DNA of 64,000 bases from assembly GCA_050273025.1 (NCBI GenBank), contig CP158635.1:5518001-5582000 (forward strand). Direction: 5' to 3'. The notes under the pieces were generated by a model that worked only from the letters and a program-made list of their open reading frames with translations, was not told the DNA's origin and made no database searches. Below, piece by piece: positions 12,745 to 25,400 of this stretch. Source of the DNA: Cenococcum geophilum. Taxonomy: Eukaryota. A program made the translations under genes and the position numbers. Every line of letters begins with the position of its first letter. Within the stretch, counting starts at the first letter, position 1.

Positions 12745-15701
12745 GTTATCCTTTAAGAAGTCTTCTAGAAGCGGGTGAGGGTGAATACTACTAATAAAAG
12801 ACGAGAGAAAGCTTCTAGAGATGGAAGAAAAAGATTAAGTTAGATATGGTAATAACTATATAATTATAATCAGCCGTTGGATTGCGATTACTATATAATT
12901 ATAAGAGGCGATTGCGATTTAATTGCGTAGTTATATTAATTACCTATATTTGGGGTTAAGATCCGATTTTTAGTATAGTAGATAGCCTATAGGACTTACC
13001 TAGATCTTCCTATATTTACCCCAAATTGGTAATAGCCTCTTAGTGTTTAGGAAGGCTCTTAATTGTACTAATTATCCTTATCTAACACCCGGCTATTGCC
13101 TATATTATTGCTGCCCGTATTACTAACTCCTCCCTTAATATTTAACACCTTAGCTGCTACCTCTGCTGACACAAAGCTGCTAGATTTGGCGACTTTGCGT
13201 ATTTAGCTTTTTAAGCACTCTATTTATTTAACTACCATAACTCTAAGCCTATATTGCGACTATAAGATCGCTTGCCATATACCTAAAAAGACTTATTTTG
13301 CTTTAGCTAACATTACTAGTATAGAGAGGATATTAATAGCTATTTAAGAGAGCCTTAGGTAGAGCTTTTACTAAAAGGGCTTAAGCCACTAAGTAAGGGA
13401 AAAGCCGGCAATTAATTGTAGAGGATTTGCCTATAAAAAGATAAGTTAGGTGGTGTTATAAATATTAGAGGTAGATTATATAGTAATAAATTATTTAAAT
13501 TTATTGTTATTAGATAGGCTTTTAAGCTCCCTTATATATTACTACCTCTTATATATATTTTTAATTAGATCTAGATCTACTTACCTAATTAGCTTACTAT
13601 TAATTAGCTTAAACTTATATTCTTTCTACTATAGCTTTTACGCAACCTTAATTGCTTACTTAATTATACTAGGGTAACACTTATTAATTGTCTTCTAGCT
13701 CTTATTAAAATAGGCTTATTAAAGTATTTAATTAAGTAATAAGGCTGCCGCGTATATTAGTGTTTTATTAATTAAGGTATAGTATTTATTAAAAGCAAAC
13801 TATATCGTTAAAAGAGACGTTAAGAGGTAAGTATTAGAAGCGTACTCCTATTATATCTCTTTTATATATTTAATAAGGAAATCTATACTCTAAAGAACCT
13901 TATTTAAAGTTATTAAATTGCCTTTTAAGGCCTTTATTACATCTTTAAATAGTAATAGGATTGCAATTATTTTATAAATTATATTCTATTTATTGTAACT
14001 AAGAGCATTAGTGCTTATCTCTTTATAGTATAAATTTATAAAGACTTAAATTATAGTTTTAAGCTTTATTGCTAGCTTTAGTATAAGAGGCTATAAGTTC
14101 TACCTTATATTATTATTACGTTTTAGTATCTTTTTAGCTAGCTTTAGAAAGGCTTAATATTGCTTTATTAAACGCTTTAACTATATAGCGATATTATATA
14201 TCCTACCTAGGGCTTTAATCTCTTCCCACTTTTTTTAAAAAGTAGCTTTGTCTTAGTTATACTCTCCTTTAAAATAAATATTTAAGTATTACTCCTCCTA
14301 CTAGAGTTCCTTTATTACGTAAATCGCGACTTTAATAACTTCTTTATCTTTATAAAAAAGGAAGGCTTATACTATAAGGTTAATAATATAGCTAATATAG
14401 CGAATTTGGTGCTATATAGTATTCTAAAATGGGAAGCGCTTTTATAGAATTTAATAGAGCTTATTATTACTACCGTAGTTATTACCTAAATTAGGTATAT
14501 TTAGTATAAAACTTAATAGTAGCAAAGGCAGAAAATAAAGCCTATTAGTAAGGTAACTAATCTAGCTTTTAGGAATCTTATATTCCTTAATTACCTTTAT
14601 ATACCTCTTTATGCTCTCTTAATACGATTATAGCTTTTAATAGCTAGCTTAATTTGTTTATAAAATAGGTAGTAACTACTTAATAAGCTATTTTATTTAA
14701 AGCCGTCTAATAATTAGTAATAAAATAGATCTTTAGCTTAGCTTTCTAGAGCCTTAACTTTATATAATCCTTTTAGATTATAAATATCTTACTAATTAAA
14801 ATAGGCACGTTTCTGTAAGATTTATATAAGGGCCTACCCTCTTTTATTAATATATAGTTATAGATTTATAAAAAGGCTTAAAACTCTAGCTACTTAATAA
14901 TTATATAAGGAAGATTGCGAGTGACGATTAAGTATATAAGGGAATTAAGAAAGGTCTTCTCGTTTACTAACTCTTATAGGACTTTTATAGTTCTTAGATC
15001 TTGCCTAGTTACTTATTTCTTAGCTTATTAATTAAACAATATAGTATAGCTTTAGTATTTATATTAACTTTAGATTGCTTTAGTATAGTAAGAATTTTAT
15101 ACGTGTTTTTAAAGTGTTAATAAAAAGTAGTTATACTTAAGCAGACTTGCTAATAAATAAATAATTTAAACCATAGATCTTTGGATTAGTTAATTGGATA
15201 TTTTAAAGCTTTAAGCTTATTTATTTCGTTTGGTTAATTAAACTAGCAAACGGTTTAGATAGATTTAACTATTTGGATAGATTATTATACATTTTTACGC
15301 GATAGGAGGAGAAGCTCTATACTACAATTTAGTAATAGGCGTTTGGTGTTATACTAGGCTTAAGGGTTAAATAAGGTTACATAACTCCAACTTTAATGCA
15401 GAGTTTTCCTATATAAAAGATTGCTTAAAAAATCGATCGCCTCTATAACGGCAGCAATATTAATCCGGCTATATAGCCAATCCTCCCTATATATCATTAT
15501 ATATATACAAAACAGCTCCTAAAGTAAGAGATACGCCTCTTAATAGCACCACAGTTAGAGGCTAGGGTTAAAAATTTAGGTAGAACTTATTGCTTTATTT
15601 AAAAGCTAGCAAACTAAATTAAATAGCGCAATCTCCGGTTAAGTCCGAACTAGTATACAATTTCCTTATTAGGAAAGGTTATTTTCTATATTTAATAAAG
15701 C

Positions 15702-15874
15702 TGTCGGGAATGAGGCAAGCGGTCGTCACGTGTCGTCACGTGTCGCCGCGGCACTAGCGTGGTGAGGAACCTTAGGTTCCTCACCCACCCCCTAATTCTA
15801 AACAATAAGCTTTGCAACCAACATTCACTGTGTCTACTCGAGTAGCATTGGTGAGTTACCCTATGACACCAACA
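15702..15874. mobile_element. Solo LTR (173 bp) inserted in hAT-B
   Basis: TGTCGG...CCAACA termini; TSD AAAGC (15697-15701, 15875-15879); GC-rich compared with its host. Confidence 0.85.
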
Positions 15875-17098
15875 AAAGCCGTTACGGTTCTAGCTTCGCG
15901 TACACTATAAGGCTACGATAATATTAGGCCGTATTTATAAGCGATAAGGCTTAAGTATATTACCGAGCTTACTAAACAATTGTTTGCAGTCGCAGCTTAA
16001 CGGTAGTATACTTAGTATATTAAGCGCCATTTAGCTAAGGTTAGGAAACTTTATTACTATTATCCTCTAATATAAGAACGGATTGTAAGCTAGTAGGTAA
16101 TCTTCTATTAGTGGATTAAGTTTCTTCTACTACTTATACTTATCTTCTTAATTATTAAATAAGGAAGGTGCTATAGTAAAGGCAGTACCTCTAAAGCTTT
16201 TAATAAAGTTATTAATATTAGGTTATAAAGGCTAATTTTTTTTAGAGGCTTACCCTACCAACTATAGCTTTTTTCCTTTATACTTAAGCTAGAGCTTTTA
16301 GAAGGAAGCGTCACAGCTAGTTATCCAATTAGGCCTCTCTTTCTAGTTATTTTAGCAGAATCGCTTAAGGTTAGAGTATAGTAGGTAAGCTGCGTAGTAG
16401 ATAGGCGTCTAATTAAGCGCTATATAGTATTTTTAAAGCTTCGCCCACCTGCGATTAATATTAATTTCGTAGTAATCCTTAATTGCCTCTTAATTAGGAT
16501 AATCCTCTGTCATTACCTTAGTTAATTAAGCCTTAGCTTCTTCGTAGTGCCTTATTAAAAACGCTATATAAGGGATAACTTCCTATATTACGCCATTGCG
16601 CCCAGCCTTACCTCTTTCTTTAAGCTTAAGTGTAGCTTACTAAAGCGGCTTAAGAAGCTAAATATATTGTTTAATAACGTCCTAATTATAGGAAGGCCAC
16701 TAACTCGTATATAGAGAGGTTAATTAAGAGGCTTCTAATACGGATTCGGATTCTTTCTACGTTATTAACTAGACTTGATTATTATAAGCTTTCTATTCCA
16801 TTTATTAATATCGTACTATATTATTAAGGAAATAGGGCCTTAAAGCTTAACAGCCCGTTTAAATATTATTAAATAACTATTCCACTTAGTCTTAATAGGC
16901 TTAACAAGCTTAAGGACTTTAAAATTAGTACGCAGTAGCATAGCGTTTTCCTCTCGCTAGAAGGTATAGAACTATTTATACTTTTATAGCGAACAGATTA
17001 AATAAATAAAATTAATAAGAGTTTTAAGCGGGCCTTCCTTTCGCCATTCCTTTAGGAACTGCTGCTCTTTCTATAAAAGTCTTAGTTTTAATTATATT

Positions 17099-19135
17099 TG
17101 TCTGAATAAGGTTCTATAATATAGTAGACACAGTTGCTTATAACCAATTGGGTTAACCACGTGAGCTAAGCGAGCTTAGGAGATCCATTAAATTCCACCT
17201 GTAGAAGTAGAAAGGAAAAAGAGAAGAAATCGATTAAAACTAAAACCCCCCCCCGTGATCTAAACACTGATCAGTGCCGCGCAGATCAGCAAAGGAATAA
17301 CGAAGAGAGGCACTGTCTGGTTCTCTAGACCTCTTATTAAAGGCTAAGAATTAAGGTATTGCTTACTAAGCCTAAAGGCCAGTTTATAAGGTTACTCGCG
17401 CTTCTAACCTGCGTCTATTACGCCTTTAGAACGATTAGTTTGTAGGTGTTTCCACGCTTCTAGTCCAACTGTTAAATCGAATCAACTGCGGAACTAAAAG
17501 ATGGCTACCTCCGCGATAAATACTGAAAAATCTACCTCCGCAATAGATACTAAAAAATAGAAGACCAGAATTAATGTGACCGCAACCGATATCAAGGAAG
17601 TCGAAGCATTCGTTAATTGGCGATTATTAATATACAAGGAGAATGGATAGAAGGGATTCGACCTATAGGAGAGCTTTATTGACGATTTTGAGTTGTTTAC
17701 AAAGGACATACTTAATAACCTCGGCAAGGATCGATTAAAGAAGATCAGGGATTACCTCTATAAGAATAGAGTATACGTACGGAAGGAGGCAAGGAAGTTA
17801 ATTGTAGACGGCCTCTTAGTAGCTATTCACGAACTAACTCCCTTAAAATGGCCTACCGACGACCCTGCTAACGGCCCTACCGACAACCCTACCGACAACC
17901 CTACTGACGACCCTACTGACGACCCTACCGACGACCCTACCCCACCCCTACCATTACTATTAACTACTCCCGTTTAAGTAACTCCAACCCTAACTACAAC
18001 CCAAGCTATAAACCAGCTCGCCCTATAAGGAAGCTTCGGAAGAGAGATTACTAACTTAGCTAAGCTCTATATGGACAAAGTTAAATACTCTAGCAAACAA
18101 GACAACTTTAATTTTAAGTTTAAGATCTTCTAAAACTACTGCCTCCGAGCCGGCGTCCCTAAGCAAGCGTATATTATTGCTATTCCTACTATACTCCGCG
18201 GCCTTGCCCTTAAATACTACTTTACCTACCTTAAAGATCTTAACCTTAAGAACGTATGCATAGGCCTAAAATTATACTTTAAAGGCAACGAATATAAACG
18301 CGACATCCTATTAAAGTGGAATGCGATTATACTTAAATAAGTTACTGCTTAAAAAGGACTTAATATAGGCTAAGCATTTCAGGTATTAATTAACGAGATG
18401 TGGTAGCTACAACGCGGGTTAGCAAAGGACCTTTAGAATAACACGACATTCTATAATAAGCTTCTTACTACGTGCTAAGATGTATTAGCTTGCAAACCAG
18501 CCTATTTCCGACCCGCTACTACCCTTGCTGGCCTTATTAGCGATATTAAATCCTTAATCGCGACGTACGGTAAACAAGAACCAGAGATTGAATTATTCTA
18601 TACTAACCGACGATATTACCCCCCTAACCGTTAATATCGCAATAAGGGCAAAAAGTGCTTTGTATGCAGTAAATCTAGATATTAGTCTACGAACCATATA
18701 AAGGACAAAAGGGACCGAAAAATACGTCAATATATCTCCGATTTTGAGGGCAGTAACGGCGATACCGACGACGACGACGATAACTAAGGGGATACCTTTA
18801 CAGCAAGGTTTAGAGCTTCTAACTTCTACCTTAATATAGAACCCTATCCTAGTTATTACGGCAACCCTAAGGCGGAGGTGTTTTGGACCGAATTTAAAAA
18901 GGGAGAGGGATAGAGACTACGGACTTATTTACTAGTACCCCTTTCTCTTATTTCCTAGTTGTTGCTAGTATTTGAATAAGGTTCTGTAATATAGTAGACA
19001 CAGTTGCTTATAACCAATTGGGTTAACCACGTGAGCTAAGCGAGCTCAGGAGATCCATCAAATTCCACCTGTAGAAGTAGAAAGGAAAAAGAGAAGAAAT
19101 CGATTGAAACCAAAACCCCCCCCATGATCCGAACA
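17099..19135 (+). mobile_element. Non-autonomous gag-only Copia (GalEa-type) LTR element, 2037 bp, nested in hAT-B
   Basis: LTRs 17099..17266 and 18969..19135; TSD ATATT (17094-17098, 19136-19140); CTGATCAGTG follows the 5' LTR. Gag from ATG 17501 resembles the gag of 22407..28769 (NLAKLY..KYS..NFNFK) and has the zinc knuckle KKCFVC. No pol. Confidence 0.9.
17853..17941 (+). repeat. 12-bp minisatellite (gacgaccctacc-like) encoding (DDPT/DNPT)n within gag
   Basis: About seven tandem units, visible in ORF 17693..17977. Confidence 0.85.
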
Positions 19136-22100
19136 ATATTAATAGTAGGGGAACGCCTACCTACCGTTAAGTTCTTATTACTGTTCTTAAACGCATCTTT
19201 ATTAGTTTTAAATAGACTTAATTAAGCCACTAGATTAAATATATAAGTAGCGCACCGTACTTAATGTTACTCTTTATTAAATTTAAGCTCTACCGCGAGG
19301 AAGTTAATATAGGTATCGTTATTATAGGCATTATCTATAATAAACTAGCTAATTTAACTACTAAGATTATACTTAGTAATGGTATTGCTAATAACATTAT
19401 GGTAGTTATAGCCGCTATATAGGCTAAGCTACTCTAGTAGAGTAAGTATAAAGTCTTAAATCTGGCCTTAATGGTCTAAATAGTAAATATAGATACTAGT
19501 AAGAGCCTTCTTCTTATCGCGCGTTATCTAGCTATTAAATAATATATAAAATCTTGTTATTAATTAGGCCAGTTCTTCTATTACCACACTTTTATTACTG
19601 TTATATTTAGCGAGAACTTAACTATAAATTAACTTGTGGTTTTGGTATAGATTAAGCTCAGCGTCTTTATTTGCGGCCGTAATTAGGGCTTAAAATTTAG
19701 GTCGCTCGACTTCTTATAGAGGGTAGTTTCCGGTAGCGATCTATAGTATAATTGCTTATTTAAAGATATTGGAGTTATAGGACTTAATAAGCTTATTAGT
19801 AACTGCTTATAATATATAGTGAGTTTCTTAAATCTACTCTAAAATAGTTAAAGCCTTCCGCTTTTAAAATATTATATAATTAATAGGACCACAAGAATTA
19901 ACCTAATAGCTATCTATATCCTTAGCAAGGTATCCTACCGCAGAAGTAGTAGCTCTACTAGTTTTATATAGGGTCACCTTAATTTTATATATATAGCAAT
20001 ATTTATATAAGAAAACGGTTATTTTCTCACTAAATCTTTACTAGAGCCGCCAGCTATAGTCCTATATAAAGCTTGGAGTTCTAAGAAGGTCTTAATAAGG
20101 CCGTTAATATCTCTCTACACAGTCCCAATTAAGGCCTTCGTATTCGTCCTTAAGGGGGGTTAATTCTAATGAGGTATCGAAACCTTTATAGGCTTTGCTA
20201 GGCACAATTACAGGCGTATTCTCTACTAAATCAACAGGGCCAGCTTTAGTAAGGTGGGAAGACATAATATAGGCAGTATAGCAACAGGAATTGGTGGGTA
20301 AAAGAGGAGACTTTAGAGGGTTAAGTCAGAAAGACGCGTTTAGGTGTTTATTTTCGGCGCGTATATTATATCACAATTGTGGTATATTATAGAACTACCT
20401 AAAACTCAACTACTAAGAACCGCCCCTTAACTAATAATAATACCTATATCTTATATATTAAACGAGTAAACCAACTTAATTAAACGAGACGATATAGGGC
20501 TTGATTGACTGCTAAAATTAGGCCTCTAGGCTTAATTGGTTATTTAATTATAAAGTAAATAAACAAACAAACTAGCAAACGGGGTTTGTTTATTAGCAAG
20601 TCTATACTTAAGGAAGATTTCGCGACACTATAATTAGAATACCGTTTATAGTAAAAGAGCTCTTATTTAATTTTACCTCTTACTAGTAAGCCTACTAGAG
20701 CCTTATTAAGGGCAAACAACTAAAGAGCCTTATTCTTACGGGCGCGCTATCGCTTTAGTTGTGGCTTACTAATCTTAGGGTGGTTTTGGATAAACCTTAT
20801 CGCGATAAGACGGAATAGATATCCTTATCGCGATAAGGATAGCCATTCCATCTTATTGCAATAAGTCTTGGAATATCCTAAATAAATTTTCAGTCTTCTT
20901 CTTCTTCTTTATTATTGTATAAATATAGCTTTAAAAGTAGAATTAGAAGCTCTTAACTCTATCAATACTTCTAAATAAAAAAATATAAGAGGTCGCTTAA
21001 CTCTTTTAACATAAGAGCATACCTATTTACTAGGTAGTAATAAGCCCGTATAAAACAAAAATGCTTATCTTTTATTCTATTATAAACACTATATAGAGTT
21101 ATACGCTATATAGTCAACTTCTAACTTCTAAAACTACTTAGCGTTAAAGCATAGCATTATAGTTAAGCCTAAAACTAGTTATATAAAAGAAGCAATATAG
21201 AATTAATTAAAAGATCTTTACCTTAAAGCGTTATCTTAAAATAAGACAGAAGAGCTAGATTTAAAAGTACTCCGAGTAGTCCTAAATAAGAAAGTTATTA
21301 ATAAGGCCCTTATTATATTAATTATCGTACAAAACTTACTATTTTGGATAGTTAAGTAGCCGGAGTTCTATATCCTTTTATAGTTAATTAATCCTAAAGT
21401 AGACGGCTATATAACTATAGCCTATTTAGTAGTTAGTAAAAAGATCTATAACTTATAGCTATTATAAAAGGGTATTATACAAAAAAGGCTATAGTCTGCG
21501 CTAATAAGTATTTATCTCTCTGTCAATATCTAGACCTCTTTAAATAATTACCTTCTCCTTATAATTTACGGCCATTTTATTAATAGCTAGGAAAAGCTTA
21601 TAAACGCTCTCCTCGGCCTTTATATAGTAGCCTCTTATAGTAAAAACAAGTAATAAAATACTCTCCTTTTAGTGCTTAAGGACTACGGGATTATATAAAA
21701 ACTAGGTACCGTTATATCCGATAACTATACTATAAATAATAAGCTCTGTTATATAATAAGCGGCTAGCTTTTTTAAGAAGAGGGAATTAAATAGAATCCC
21801 GTCTACTAATAAATCTACTACTAAGGTTATATTCTAAACCTTACTATATAGGCTTTCCTTTTTAAAAACTTAATTAGTCTTAATAATATTAAGTTATATA
21901 AAAAAGATAAGGTAAAAGGAAAGTAGTTAGATCTAAAAGAGGAGAAAGAGAAGAGTAATACATTTTAAAAACTTAGCGCATTTAAAAAGCTTTATGACGT
22001 TACCGTATATACCTATAGCTTAGCTAGTCGTATAAGGGGGTTTAAAAGTCTTATAGAGAGAAGAATTCTACTTAATAATTATATAAGATAGAATAGCTAG

Positions 22101-22406
22101 TATCTTATACTCAGCGTAGTAATTTAGAAAAAGTCTGCCTTTAATACGTATACTAAGCGTAACCTTAATATACTTAAAAAGGACTATCTTAGTCCAAAGG
22201 ACTAGGAGGCGCTTTATATAATAAAAAGTTTTCTTTAAATATTCCACTAAGTAACCCTAAAATGCTAAGGATATAGTGCAACGCTTAAGAATATACTCTT
22301 TATAATGGATATTATAATTAAGCACCTTAATAAATCTTAGGTTAGTTTATCTCCCTACTCTATTTTCTAATCTAGCTAATATTATATAATAAAAGGAGTA
22401 TATATC

Positions 22407-25400
22407 TGTTCGTACTAACTTAATAACACGAGTGAGTCGTATCCACGGGCACGAAATACATGTAGTATCGTATGCTTGTTTGGATGGTGACTGTCGATTA
22501 TATAAAGCAGACTACGTGGTCTATATACTGATGCACCTCCCCCCTAATTAGTTAGTGCTTTATAAGTGCACCAGACGCGTAAGCGAGTGGTTGGTGCACT
22601 GAACGCGTAAACGCGTACCTAGTGTACCGAACGCGTAAGCACGCGTTTGGTACAACAGGTGCTGTAATTATACACTGGCAGTACTTGAAAAATGAAACCA
22701 CCTATATATAGCCTCCGTAATTGCTTTAATAAAACCATAGAATATAAAGGAAAATACATAGGAAATCTCCCTAAGGTGCCGTCTAGGCTGCCTTCCAAAC
22801 GGTGCCCTAAGCTAGCCGTAAGTTCTACTTACGGTCCGTAAAATGAACCGTACAGCCTTTCGATAGGCAGTAGACGAGCCATAAGTTAGATTTTAAGGGC
22901 CGCTAAGGCGCTAGTGCTAAGCGAACCAATGGCGATTTTCCATCCCGGGGATGGAAAATTGTAATTGGTCAATTTAACTACCCTATAAAATTCGGTAGGT
23001 TACGTAAGTCTACTAAGTTCCACCGTAGCTTTTTACCATTTTCCACCTATACCGTATAATGAGCCGTACGGCCTTCTAACGGGCCGTAGACATACTATAG
23101 GTACTCCGTTAGTCCCGTTCTACCTATTTTATAACTTTTAGGTTGAGCTTATTTATATTAATTAGGGTTTTAAGGGCTTAACACAGCTTTGCCTTAGTTA
23201 TGGCGTCCGCTAGGTTATCTCCGCTGCTAATCCATTTAACCTCCGTAATCTCACGTCGTTTATAGGCCTAATGTAAGCACATTAGGTCAACTATAAGCCT
23301 CTTCTCTTATATTGTACCTAGTTTAACTAGGCAGTTGTAAAGGGACTTTAAATTAGTGCATAAAACTAGGGGTAACTACTCTAGTTATAAAATCTTCTAG
23401 ACCGTTAATTTAATTGTAGCTGCTATATTAAATCTATAAGCTAGTATATATAGTTTAAAAGCTAGTACACTATGGGTTACTTATTTACACTTAATTAAAG
23501 ACTAGTGTAGTATATTTGCGTCCTAATTGCGGTCTATAAGTATAATTATAAAGCCAATTTGTGATAATAGGTCTTTATTATTGGTAAAGAAGGCGTCCGT
23601 AAATACTAGTAGGCTAAGGGAATTTAGGTCTAGTGGTATAAAAGTAAGTCCCCTTACTACATTATTAATTTGCCACTAAATGCGCTTATTAAGCTACTTA
23701 ATATTTTCTTCTTACGGATCTACTACTTAGGCCGTAAAGGATAAGTCGTAGGTAGATTTAGGTTAGCAGACTATGGTAATATAGGCGCCTCTTACACGCT
23801 ATACAGCGTATTAGTCCTTTATATTTACAGTCTTATAGGTTTCTTCGCGGGAACTAGTAAGGTCTATAGGCTTTACTATAATAAGCTTTAGGTTTTAAGC
23901 TTAGCGTTCCTAAGTTAGCTTAATTAGGTTGCCCTTTTATATAATTAGGCCTCTATTAAACTTAATCGGATTCTGCTTAGTTAACTACTTTTATAGCTTT
24001 GCTAAGAACTTAGCCTTTTATAGTTTAGTTTCTTTAGCGTCCGTAAAGGTCTAGTCTACTAGGAATAGGGTATTATCTATTTAAAGTCTAATAATACTAA
24101 GGCCGTTTAATAGGCTATATAGGAGGTAGGGGTCGTAGGTTAACTGTTCTATTTTAAGCTTACTAACGTAATACTAGTAGTACGTCTTAAATTAGTAGTT
24201 CCTAGCTTCTAGTACTCCGTAAAGAGGTTTTACGACCTATAAAATTGTTCCTAGTTATAGGTTAAGCTCATAGGGTGGTTGTATAAAGATGTCCTTACTT
24301 AGGTAGGTATTGGACTACATATAGGCTTATAAGATGTCCCGTAAGTATAGGGCTACGGATTTAGTTTACTGTAGTCCTAGCGTAAGTACAAGTATAATTT
24401 ATTAGCTAACTTATTAAATTATAGGCAATTATATAAGGACTAAGTCCTTTCCCTTATTATTATAAGCTTATATAATAAGCCTTAATTTCTTAAAGGCTTT
24501 ATTAATACTAGGGTGCTTAATCTTATTAATAAAGCGTAAGTTAAATATACGGACGCCTTGCGGGATATCTTTCTCTATTATAACCACAAAGATACCCTTT
24601 TTAAGTAGTCCGTTAATCTCTTTATATCATAAGTCCGTAAACGGGGTTTCCTATACTAAAACTAATATATCTATAGGCGGAGATTACCTTACGGATATTC
24701 CTGCGGAGGTTAGGTGATTTTCTGTTATAGTGTTCTTAGTTATAGGGTGCTTTTAGGGGCGTCCTTAACCACGCTTTATAGTAGGTTTAGTAGGTTCAGT
24801 GGGTTTCTAGGGGACTTCTAGGGTAGGCAAGGGTGCTTCCAGTTCATCTAATTCGGCGGGTGCTTCCGGTTCGTCTAGTTTGATAGGTGCTTCTAGTTCG
24901 TCTGGTTTAACGTTATAGGTATTTTCGGGCCGAAAGTAGGGTTTTACAGACGTGCTTCTAAAGCTGGTTGGCCCACTAGAAAGCTATACGCAGCACGTCT
25001 CATTTTCTACGGCTAGTAGACAATAAGGTCCATTCTAACTGCCGCTTTCACGCCATACAAGGACTTCAGAGTTAAGCGGGAGGTCGTGTACTAGGGTTGT
25101 GTTAGGTCCGTTGCGGTAGTACAGGGCGTTATTAATAGCTTGCTTGGCCCGTAGCTTAACTATTTTAGTTATTACCTTCCGTATTATAGCTGCTCATTCC
25201 GTAATAGACGGGGCAGGAGGGCCTAGGTTACTTATCCTTGGGTAGGCTCCATAAACTAAGAGGGTGGGTACTAGTCTGTTGGGGCCAGCGGTATTATTAA
25301 CAGCTTTTACAGCTATCTGTAAAGCCAGTTCCTTTTAGATGTCCTTACACTCGTCTATAATAATCTAGTAAGCTCTTTATAAGGCTGGGTGAGCTTACTT

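Larger units (their letters stand above)
15142..20604 (-). mobile_element. hAT DNA transposon (hAT-B, ~3.24 kb without inserts) nested in hAT-A
   Basis: TIRs CAGACTTGCTAATAAA / TTTATTAGCAAGTCTA; 8-bp TSD TACTTAAG (15134-15141, 20605-20612); RIP'd transposase on the - strand from ~20265 to ~15900. Confidence 0.9.
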
